From Sphagnum compactum (taxonomy: Eukaryota), in assembly GCA_965153455.1 (NCBI GenBank), contig OZ234493.1:3038001-3102000 (forward strand): 64,000 nt of DNA. Reading direction: 5' to 3'. The translations under genes and the position numbers were made by a program. Positions 1 to 11,700 of this stretch are shown one piece after another. The notes under the pieces are model-generated. The model ran no database searches, was not told the origin of the DNA, and was given only the letters and a program-made list of their open reading frames with translations. Within the stretch, counting starts at the first letter, position 1; every line of letters starts with the position of its first letter.

Positions 1-2766
1 GAAACCTAAAATGAACTAAAATGCATTTTGTTGTAGAGTGTAGACATAGGTTTACAACTTTCCATGCCGAACCACTTAAAAATTTTGTTGATGTATTTTG
101 GCTGACCAAGCTTAATGGTTCTACGCTACTAATCTCTCGTTACTTAGATCCCAAGAAAAAATGCAAGATCCCCTAAGTCTTTCATTTTAAACTCCTGTGA
201 CAGAAATGTTTTCACTCTTTCAACTGTTGCGATCTCCTAGTTAAAAATCAATAAGTCATCTATGTATAATGCTAAGAATGATGACTCTTGGTTTTTCAAG
301 TAATAAATACTAGGATTTGTTTGACATTTTTTGAATCCTAGATTGAAAAGGAAAAAATCCATTGTTTCACTCCTTTTGGTTTTTTCTAGAACAAAATCTT
401 TTTGTGTGAAGTAATGCCTACTTCTTCATTGAAGACCAGATCAACTTGGAGGTCTCCTTGTTGACCAATTTGTACATTTTAAAGTTCTAGTCATAACCTA
501 CAAGGATGTATCTTATGCTCTTTGAATCCAATTTCGTTTTGGTCTAACTGGGTCTATGAATGTAAGGGTCACAACCAAAAACTCATAAATAATTCACTAT
601 AGGTTTTCTCCCATTCCAAAGTTTTTCAAATGTTATTCCTTGAATTGCTTTGTGGGGAGATCCAGCCTTTAAATATGTGGTCATTACAACTTTTGCCTAG
701 TATATCGGTTCCAAATTGCATTGGTGAAACATGCAGTGTGTTATTTCAATAATTGTGTGATTTAGTCGTTTGGCCATTCCATTTTTTTGGGGTGTGTATG
801 GTGTTGATTTAATGCTAAATTTTGTTCAATTTCAAAAATGCTTGGAATTCTTACGACAAGAATTCACCTTTGTTTTCACTTCTCAAGATCTTGATCTTTT
901 TTCCAGTCTATCTTTCTATGAGCACCTTGAACTCTTGGAATTTTGAAAAGCATTCTCCCTTGCTCTCCAAAATGTAAATGAAATATTTATGAAAGTAATC
1001 ATCTATGAAAGATACAAAGTATCTTGTTCTGCCAAAAGATGGAGTTTTAGCTAGTGCCCAAACATTGGTGTGAATTAATTCCAACATTTTTTTTGCACGC
1101 AACCTTCCTTCTTTCAAGGAATGTTTCCCTGTGTTGCTTGCCTTAAACACACCTTTGACAAATATTGAGCTTTGCTCCCTTGTCAATGTTAATGCCTTCC
1201 ACGAGGTTACTTTCTGACAACATCTTCACATTTTCTACACCTAGATGCCCCAATCGCTCATGCCATAGCTAGATATTATTTGATTCCTTAGAAATAATTA
1301 AACCTTTGACTATCTCTGTTGACTTTGTCTCACATTGTAGTCAATATAAACCATTTTCTTTCAAACCAAGTCCAATTACTTTCTTTTGTTTGTTCATGGT
1401 GACACACCTTTTTCCTCCAAATTCAAAAACATGGCCCAATGAAGTTTGCTTTTGTTACAGAGAAAAGTTTTGTTGCCAATCTAGGGACGTGCAAGACATT
1501 AGAAAGGACAACGTCAACAATTTCATTTCCTCCCACTAACATGGATACCTTTATATCTCCTCTACCAATAGCTTTTTAAGCAAAATTATCGCCCATGTAG
1601 ATTTCGATGGGTGAAATTGATTCATAATTTTTGAACCAGATTCGTTCATGAAATAGATGTGCAAATGGATTAAAATCTATGTTCCACACTATGGATCCAC
1701 ATGAAACAGACAAAGAAAACACAAAGGCTTCCTAGTATCTTCATTTCCTACTTCAACTATATTATTTTGCTCTCCTCTCCTCTTGGAATCAGCTGTTTTC
1801 TTTTTACTTTCCCTTGCCCAATGCCCAACTTCCTTATAGTAGTTACAAATGTCTCTTGACTTGTTTCTACTAACTTAGGACTCTAACCCTTTTTGAGTTA
1901 ATACAAGTGCAGTTTTGGTCAACAACTTAGAGGACCTAGACTTCTCTTTTCTCATCAATTCCTCATTCAACAAGCTAGTTGCTATGACCTCCCAAGTAAA
2001 TTTCTTGGGGTCAATGGATTCTAAGGACTCCAAATAAGTGACAAGGAATTTGTCACTTTCAGGTAGACTCATTGAAAGGACCATGACTTTCACCTCATGA
2101 GGAATTGTTGCACCAATGGCATCCAACTCCTTTGCCATAGCTCCCAACTTGTTTAAGTGTTGTTCCATTGTGTTAGTTGGATTTATCTACGAGGTGAAAA
2201 ACTTGTCAAAAAGAGCATATTAGTGAAACCTTTATCAACATACCGGTTTTGAAGTGCCTCTCAAATGCCCTTTGCAATAGTTTCTTTTCTCAATGCAAGC
2301 AATTGGCTATTAGACAAACACTACACTATGAGGTTAAAAGCTTGGTTATCTCTCTTAGTGTAAGTTGACAATGTAGCTACCTCTTGTTCACTTGGCTTTA
2401 CATCTTTCCCATCTACTAGCCCCCACAACTCTCTAGCTTTCAACATAGTTTCCATCTTAAACTTCTAGAGCATAAATTTTTTCCTTGTGAATTTGCCTAT
2501 GTACCCAAAACATGGGGCCATAATCTATGAAAAATCAGGCTCTTCCATTACACAATGTGCCTAAAAATAATTGGTACAATAAACTTGGACAAAGAAAAGG
2601 AATCACACTACAAAGCTTAATCTTGCTAAGAATTATGCTAAAATGGATTAGTGATTCAAAACTAATTCTTGTAGAAAAATAGATCAATGATTTCGAGATG
2701 ATCTAATGGGAACCTATGATGTGCTTATATGCACATGGAGGATCGCTCAGAAGTAAGGCTAATAAC
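1..2766 (-). mobile_element. Decayed Ty1/copia LTR retrotransposon internal region (gag, protease, GAG-pre-integrase, integrase, partial RT); runs off the window edge
   Basis: Minus-strand translation gives copia motifs in copia order: gag KFKMETMLKARELWGLVDG (~2410-2465), ORF 1875-2168, a decayed zinc knuckle CNYYKEVGHWARE (~1810-1850), LWHERLGHLG (~1241-1270), integrase LELIHTNVW...YFVSFIDDY (ORF 908-1186) and RT LALYIDDLLI (~245-275). Many stops and frameshifts. Confidence 0.9.
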
Positions 2767-3624
2767 TGTTGGTAGGTGAAAATAGTTACCATGCAACGAG
2801 GGTAATCTAAAGTAAAGTGCACATGGGTGCCTAACTAATGCACTAGCGAAAGTGTAGCGAATTCAATCTGGTGCACATGCCACCGTTTTTGATTTATTAC
2901 GATAGTGTGGAAATGAGCGGGACTACTAAGATTAATTCGAGTGTTAATTTGCTACTACTATTTAGTGCTTCCACTAAAGTAGCTAGACCACATGCTACTT
3001 ACAATAATAACTTTGTGATGATTTCATCACCAGTTTCTTACTCAATATGGTCCCTACATTGGGGTAAACGGTAGTTGTGAAACAAATAAAGGAGAATACC
3101 TTTTTATATATAGGAGCGATATTAACCAATGCAACTTGACTTACGAGAATCTCATTATCACTAATATAAACAGACGATCCACTTCAATTCTAATAGTATT
3201 TGGTTGTGGGCATAATCAACCCAATAATTCTTTTCTTCAAGGGAGCAGATGGAACAGTGGGTGTTGGTAGAGGTGTTGGCAAAAGAGCATTTTCTCTACT
3301 TAGCCAACTGTAGAACATGTATCTTGACACGTTTTCCTACTGTTTGATGCCTTTTAACTTGTCCACCAGCTACATGAGCACCATCTTCTTCGAAAAACCT
3401 AGAAGGGTTGAAAATTAATCGCCATTTGGTCTACACGCCCATGATCACACCCACGACTCTCCACAAATATTTTTCATTTTTTATATTGTGGGCTTTGACA
3501 AAAATTAGTGTGAACGGTAACTCAATGTTATAGAACATTCCACCAGACGCTTTCTTCATAAACAAAACCGATGGTACAAGTGGGGTCGTCTTGGACTCTG
3601 GCAGGGCATTTACTTTTTTCAACA
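2767..3624 (-). repeat. Candidate 5' LTR of the copia element
   Basis: Begins TGTTG (2767) and ends CAACA (3620-3624). A TATA-like CCTATATATAAAA lies on the minus strand near 3101-3114, and a PBS-like GTTATTAGCC follows directly on the minus strand. The partner LTR is outside the window, so the right boundary is unverified. Confidence 0.4.
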
Positions 3625-4639
3625 TTGCTAATTACATTGTTATCTCCCAGGTAATGAAAGTGCATTCACACCTAATGTTAAGTGAAAATCTAGGTGGCAT
3701 TTTAGGTGGTACCCAATGTTAAATGGATGATTGGTTAATATTAAGTGAATGTTAACTTAATATAAAATCTTCATGGTAAATAGGTTTAGGTTTTAAATGA
3801 TTAGCTTGGTGTTAGAGGACTTAATACTATAGTCCTTAACACCAAATGTGAATACACCTTTGGTGTCATCACCAAGTTAGTCCCACCTGTTGAAACCAGT
3901 GTTGGGTGGTTATTTGATTTTTTTAATTGTTTGAAAACCATGATTATATACCTAAACCAAGTTTTTGATTTTTTTGGGGAGGAGTATTACGGTTATGATT
4001 TCTAAAAACGTCACTAATAACCATCCATCAAGGGTGTGTTCTTGTTTGTGATAATTGCTCAACACTAGTTAAACTAATCTTGGACGGGTAAGAACTAAGA
4101 AACACTGGTTCCAGTTAGTAAGAACTGGACTAAAATTAGTTTGATTTTCATAATTGATGACAATTCAATTCTATTTGTTTAAAGGAACTAGATCTAAATT
4201 CGCTTTCTTCATTCTATTGTTATGTGGAACTGGAACTAAAACTTAAATGAAAATAGGTACATGTATTTGAAAACAAGAAGACTGGAACTTGGGATATTCA
4301 GCTATTAACTACCAGTTCCATTTTGGGTTATTCAAAATCCAACTGTCCAAACCCAAACTAGAATTTTTTTTTTGAAGAACCAGATTCAAAATCAAATTCC
4401 TATTTCCTTTTAAAAGCTAAGTGATATTAAATTAAAGGGAATTAATAAGCTTGGTGTATTTTTTATATTTTTTTAAAAAATTAAAATAAAAAATCAACAT
4501 GGTTAATCCAGTTTTTAGGGGAAATAAGTGTTAAGACCCTGAAGTATTTTTAAAAGAATACAAAAATGTTTGTATTGGTATTAGGCTTAAAACAATTGTA
4601 AAATGGCTTAATTTCTTTCCTGAATTTTTAAAAGGTATA

Positions 4640-4980
4640 ACATCACATTGGTTTGAGCAAAAGACAAAAACATTGAGGGGATCATGGAATGACATAACTA
4701 AGGCCCTTGTGAAAGAATTTTCTATGAAAAATGTCTACCAAAACTTAATATTTGAACTGAGTGAGAAAGTATAAGGAAAGAACAATGACATTGCAAAATA
4801 TACTCTAAAGGTGTTTTAGGGCACAAAGCTATGAAGGAATTGATCTAATTTTTGTTAAAATCAATGCATTGGTGCTAGACCATTTCACCATTGGTTTGTT
4901 GTCGGAGTTACGACAACAAATGAGATATGAACAAGTGAAGACATTGATGAAATGATGGAGGTGGTCAAAAATAAAAAGCC
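4640..4980 (+). mobile_element. Highly decayed Ty3/gypsy-like gag remnant
   Basis: Broken frames read SWNDITKALVKEFS and DHFTIGLLSELRQQMRYEQVKTL, resembling the retrotransposon gag W..L...L...F and F..GL...L patterns. Confidence 0.4.
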
Positions 4981-6211
4981 CTTGCCAAGCGATTGATTCA
5001 TTCTTTCAATGGCAGTGCATACAATCCATGGATATGAAGATCCTTCACAAACCCATGCCTAATTATGCACATTTGCTTCTCCAAACTGCCTCTTGGAGGC
5101 AACCAAAACTATTGTTCTTCAAAAATCTCTCTCATAACCCTCACAAATTGCTTCTAGTTTAGAATTGCAATGCTTTCTCCAAGGTGACATTACATTTGGG
5201 GAACACCCCGATTTTTTCTCTTTTTTCCTTTTTCCGTGTGATACCCAACAAGATACCCTTCGAGTCTGGCAAGAAAACATGAAAAGGACAAAATACCCAC
5301 TGGAGTGGGCTTTTAACTTTTCAAGAATGCCCCATCCTTTGGTGAAGAAAAAGTTCCACTTGGTAAGGGGTCCTACAAATACACTAAAAAAAATTCTGTG
5401 GGTGCTTTATGATATTGGAATTGTGGACTGCAGGCAGCAGGACCTTTTCTCTTCAATGTTATATTATTTGTGTCAAACAGATGTGTTAACTATCCTAATC
5501 AATGTGTAGGTTGGTACACTTAAGCAACTTTGCTATTTTTTGTGGTGAAATTTTGCAACTCAACCAAAAGAAATCAGAAAATGAAATTTTTGTGCTTTTG
5601 AAGGAAAAAATTTCACCATTTTTAAAAATAAAAATTAACTAGATGAGCCACATTTAGATGTAGGCAATTCTTGGGTCACTACTCAAAAGGAACACTTTTG
5701 TAAAAAATGTTACAACTCACCCAGGACAGTTGCCATTGTATGCTAATTCATGTTGACGATCCTTGCCAGTGTACCTGCTTGAGGAGTTTGAAAAACAAAG
5801 AACCCTGGTTAGCATGTGTGTACGTTTGAAGATGGTTTTTCTTTCTGTCACATACCATACCTGCCACTGATGTTGTTGATGGGATCGCAGGATGTGAAAA
5901 GTCTTGTATGCGGATGTTACTTGGCTCATCATAATGCTAACACTTGTAAGACCAAATACTTTAAGATTACAGGAGATAGATGGAAATTTTTGTGTAATAT
6001 TTTTTCCCAAAGATCTATTTCCAAAAAAACACAAGTCCCATCTACTTATATAATATCCTTGGGTGGTCGTCCTTTCCATCCATCCGTCTCTTCATCCATC
6101 TCGACATCCATCCATCCAAGTTCCTCATCCCGGAAGAAGAAGATGATGGAAGAGGAGGAGGAGGAGGAATGACGGCAGCAGCAGTTTATCCAAATGTTTA
6201 TGCGATCCAAT

Positions 6212-7640
6212 CCTATAGTTTTGCAATTTGCCAAAAGCTACAAACTAATTTTTAAAAACTAAAAATTGTTGAAAAAAAATGAGAAACGAGAGAAGAAATC
6301 TTTTGAAAACAACACAAGAAATTTCAAATTAAAAAAGAAGAAAACAAGTTATTAATAAATAAATAAAATGAAACAAAGTTGTAACAAAAAAGAAAAAAAC
6401 CGAACAAATATATATTTTTCAAAGGGAAAAAACTAAAAATAAAATAAAAACAAAAAACACTTTAACAATTAGAAACTTTTTAAAAACACTTTAAAATAGA
6501 AACAAAATGAAAACATATAAAATAAATATATTTAAACATGAAACAAAAAAGGGAAATACAGTAAAATAATCTTAAAAGAAAATCAAAAAATAGATGACAA
6601 AAACTAAGAAACAAAACAGTGAGCAAAAGAAAGAGAAAAAAAACCATACTTGAAAAAAAAATGAAGTTTTTCCAAACTTCAAACCTGCATCTAATCAAAC
6701 AAAAATACAAAAGTTTTTTAAAATTATTTTCATTATAAAACATATTAGAAAAACTAGAATTTTTTTGAAAAAGAAAATAGAAACAAAATAAATAAATAAA
6801 TAAATAAATGCATAAAAATAGAAAAAAATGAAGATAGACAAAATAAGAATAGAAAAAATAAAAACATGAAATAAACAGAAACAAAAAAAAGGTAAAAACG
6901 CAAAAACTATAAAAAAGGAATGGAAACAAATGAAACAAGGAAAGGGAAATACAATAAAATAATTTTAAAAGAAAAAAAAATTAAAATGAAGAAACCAAAT
7001 AAAGAATAAAAAATAAGAAAAAATAAAACTTATAATAATGAAGAAAAACCCTACTTGAAAAAAAATGAGGTGTGTCTTCTTTCTCCAAACTTCAAACTTG
7101 CATCCAAATAAAAATATATATAAAAGTGAAAAAGAAACACTTTATTTCTATTATACAAAATAATAATAAAAATAAAAAACACATAAAAATAAAAAATAAA
7201 AAAGATAAAAGTTTCTAGAAAAAACTAAAACGTGAACCAAGTTTGAAGAAACTGGGGGACTTCACAGTGCCCGGAGGTCAGGGGTACCCACTAGGTAATG
7301 TTTTAGGTGTCTGTCTATCTGATCGTCCTCCTTGGGGGTAAGGGGGTTAGGGTTAGCACGCCCTTCATAAACATGTTTCAAAAAGAAGAAAGCTTGGAAT
7401 GTGCCCAAATCCTTCACAAATCTCGGCAATTTCAAAACCTGTATTTTCCCTCCTCAAAATTTTTTTCCCTCCTTGAAATGTGGCGGTTTAGTTTTCTTTT
7501 TGAAAATTTTCCAAAACACTTGCTTCACCATGTATGTTTTCATGGGGGACTTTTCAGCAGATTTTTGCCACAAAAAAATAAAAATGGAATTAGCTGCTTT
7601 GCGCCTTTGTGTGTGTCCGAAGGTCACGGGTACCCACTAG
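6212..7640 (+). mobile_element. Probable non-autonomous Helitron-like element with two tandem 3' termini
   Basis: Two near-identical 3' signatures of a short GC-rich hairpin plus CTAG: GTGCCCGGAGGTCAGGGGTACCCACTAG (7267-7294) and GTGTCCGAAGGTCACGGGTACCCACTAG|T (7613-7641). Tentative 5' A|TC at 6212. The interior is very A-rich with a ~400 bp internal duplication. Confidence 0.5.
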
Positions 7641-8758
7641 TATTATGATAATATTTGACCTACCTGAGTTGTTACAAATTGTGATAATTTCCTATGCTTA
7701 TTCAGGGTTTAAGGATCCAAAGGTTTTCAATGAGCCCTGATTGGAATCAACTTTTTTCTTCACGAGGGGGGGCCAATGTTTGCACCCTGTCTACAAATCC
7801 AGTGCAACTCATGTGCAAAGTTGCCAGTTATCAAAGAAACCTTTTCTGAAATCACCATATTTAAACAATAGGTTCCAGGTTGCCAAAATATAGCAGGACT
7901 TACTGTTGCAGTGTAAGTCTCTTGCATTATATATGGCTGACAGATTGTATTCTTCATCCCGCACTAAAGTATGCAAAACATCCCTCCCCTTTTCTTGCAG
8001 GGACCTTTGTGAATATAAGGTACCTTCCAATTACACTACAAAAATTCTCCTACCACTTTAACTGTGCCTTCCCAGGGCAGATGCTAGAGAGGTAAAACAC
8101 ATACTGATCTTAAAACCCATTGTTTCAGGTAGCAATACGAATACCCAAATGGGCAGCCATAATGACCACTTAAACAGTAACCATTACCTTACATATCTGA
8201 AACAGAATCAAAAACTTCAATACATCCCTCTAAATTTGAGTACATTTTGAAATGACTGTGAGATGACCCAATCTACTTAGGTCAGTCAATAAACATCAAG
8301 TATAAACTCAGGGGATGCAGCAGCCCTGCCCCCTGAAACTGAGACCAATGCATTTCTCAAAGTGTTCCAATGTTGTTGATGAATCGATGCAATGATTGTA
8401 CAAAACAAATCCTGACTAGATACCCTTGGATACAGTTCAGCTGCCAAATGAAACAGAGCCTGAAATAACCAGGCTTTGTCCATGAGAAACTAAGTTTCAG
8501 ATATTTTTCACTAGGGTCTTTGAGGTGGTGGCCTGAAAATGGTGATCATGTCACATCACTCCTAGTTGGTTCACAACCAACATTGCAATTGCATATTATC
8601 CCAGACCAGAGCAAGAATTTCAGCTGGAATCACAACATTAACCCATGCCTAATTACTGTACAACTTTGCTTGGCATATATACACATCTGTTTCAGTAGAT
8701 AGGAAGCAGATGTCTGCCTTATGCACAGACACCAATTTTTTATACAAACCCTCCAAAC

Positions 8759-11700
8759 CTAGGACTCCGCCATGACAGGCTGATGGGCTGTGGCAGCTGC
8801 AGTGCACTGATGTTGGCGAGCAGTTACTACATCAGCATAGTGACGCAGGCGGTGGGTGGCCATTGGAGAGAGCAAGAGTGGTGGTTGGAGAGGTAAAGAT
8901 GCTGCCTCCACCACCAGGAAGTAAAAAAGTGCCGCTGCCTTGGAATATGCTCCAGCTGCATTTGTTGTATTGCCCATCAGCTCTTCCACCTACCCCAGTA
9001 CCTTTCCTGTCAGATACATGCTAGAAAAAGTTGTATCAATCTCTACAAAGCCCATGAGACTCACAGTAACCAATGTAGATAGTCAGAAAGGAGACTTACT
9101 GCCGCAGCTCTCCCCACTGCTAGCGCTGTTTGAAAAATGAGCTCCAATGCATCCGGCATCTCCACACTAGCTGCCATCCAGTCACCATTTTCCCTCCATC
9201 ATCTTCAGGTCATAAGAACCTTATTCTATGTTGTGTCTAATCAACAGTAATTTCAAACCCCTGGACTGTCCAAGTGAAGCATCTGAAATGCATTTCTCCA
9301 ACATGAATAGCCCGGAGCCAAGTTGTAGAAGTTACTCCTAAAATGCAGCTACAGGTGTTTGAGGCTACAAGTAAATCAGAAAGACTGCAAAAGCAAAGTG
9401 ATGGAATAACCATCAACGGTGCTGATATGTGATGCCAGAAACTCAGCACGCTCAACAGCAAATGCAAATTCCTGCTCCATCAGAGAGCAAGCATTTGCTG
9501 CTGAGATTTCATCATTGCCAGCCTCATTCAGGCTGAAGTTCCTCCCACCTTCACCAACAGCCTCTGCCCAGGCCTGGCACACCCGTAGAGCTTCCTTCCA
9601 TATGGCTAAGCATACCAGCTGTAGTGAGAATGATTCCAAAGCTTGCCTTGTCTCCAACTGCACGCTTCCATCACGCCATATATTGGTTCCCGCTAGACGA
9701 TAAAAGCTCCATTCCACCTTTTGCCTTCAGAACATACACATGACATGGCCCTACCTTGGACTCTACACCTACATGCAGTGAGGTATAGCTGTGATGAAAG
9801 CACAGTTGGGCATGGGAAACATCAAACCTTCTCATTGGCCAGCTCAGCGACAAGTCGGGCACATCGCTGTAAGGAGGATAGACGGTTAGATGGATGCAAG
9901 GAAGGCCCCTCTAAGGCATCTCCTGCAGAGTCCTGTGAGCTATGTAACTGGACTGAGCCATTGCTAGCTCCACTTCCAATCCCGCCCCCTGATCCTGTTG
10001 TGCCCATAAATGAACCACTTTCTGTTTTCTGAGGAGACACTTTTCCTGGATACTGGCTTACACCCGAGGTACTCAGTGACATAGTGAGATTATCTGGAGC
10101 CGATACTAGCACATACTCTCGTTCTAATGTCTCAATTGAGTCCACCAACACCCCTGTTAAACATGTATACACCATATTCAGGGCAGGAATCACTTTCAGG
10201 CAACACCAACCTGCAAACCAAAGACATCAAAAACTATGCTAGTGCCCAACACACAACAGCTATACACCTCTGTTGGAAGAGACTTGCTGGCCACAGCCAT
10301 TGTCCACATCACACATCATTGCAATTTCCTCAAGTACTGGAGATTTACCCTTTGATTTGTCATCACAGTGGTCCCTGGAGCCAACGCCCAGTCTGGAGGG
10401 AGGTGAGGCGCCCAGGGAGGCCCTGGACCTGCCAGTTGGAGGAAGCAGGAAGCTGCTGGATGGTGATGCCAAGAATAGCAGTGGCTTTGATGTTGACGCT
10501 GCACCCTCTACAACACCTTGCTGTTCATCATCCAGCAGAAATGGAAAGCAGTCCTCCTGGGAGTTCTCACTTGCTTCAGCAGTAGCTGCAGAGTTGCTGC
10601 TTGTTGGCTGCAAATCATGGCCTGTCACTGACTTGGGCCTGAAGGAAGAAATCAAATTGTCAGCAAGACTTTAGTAATGGCCAGCTCTCTGTTAGTCATA
10701 GACATTCACAGAAAGAAATGAACATGTTGAGCAGATGACTCTGTACCTTCAATGGATGCATAGAGGTGAAAAACTCACCTTAACGATTCCATGAAGCTGT
10801 GGTTGAAAAATTCCTCAAAAGACAAGCGTTCAACTGTGGAGCATCCACACAATATTACCAATCATCTCAACCATCCTGGCCACTGATGACTCCAGACAAA
10901 GGACTGACATCTCTTCATTGGAATACATAACCATGGAGAATTTAACCACCTATAACCCAGACTTCACAGCACAGCAGATGTACCTGGATTGCGGCGCAGT
11001 AATTTGCGACATATGTCAATGCCGTCAGGATGTAGTTGAGTCATCACTGACTCTGGGAAACGCACCTCATTTGTTTTTATGATATTTTGCAAGAGCTGGT
11101 ACATTAACAATGACCATAATACATGTCACTACATTGTCCCAATAAGCCTGTTGCTAGGCCTCCAGATAAAAGTCAGATGATCAACCGTTGTTATTGGGTA
11201 GGGACCCCTACAGTTCCTGAACATTATAGAAGAAGAAAAGAAAAACAGCGAGCAATAAAACTAAGTGAAGATGATGGATGGGAAATGGAAAACCACCTGA
11301 ACATGGTTGTTTCCACTGAAAGGAGGACGGCCTGTCACCAACTGATACAGAATGGCACCCACACTCCACAGATCTGCCTGAATTCATCCATAACAAGCCC
11401 ATCCCATTTCATGCCTTGTCAAAGACTGAACATTGAGCATTTCCCTACTCTGCATACCCAAATTCAAGGCAGCAGAAGCAGAACCCACACAAAGACAGTA
11501 CCAAAGGGAATACCTTGGCATCATATTTCCGTGACTGCAGTATCTCAGGAGCCATGTATAATGGTGACCCACACAGAGTTTCTGCCATACCCTGTGGCTG
11601 CAGTAACCTATCCACAGAGCCAGTCATGCCAAAATCAAGTTACTGCCTGATGCCTAAAACTTCTCAAGTTATTTCAAAATCAACAAGAACGCTGAGGGGC

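Noticed and set aside
5717-6234. Overlapping ORFs with poly-Glu/Ser ends
   Set aside because: No recognisable domain or consistent splice model; they are driven by simple repeats.
6480-6938. 152 aa Phe/Leu-rich ORF resembling a membrane protein
   Set aside because: It is an artefact of the A-rich low-complexity repeat interior read on the T-rich strand.
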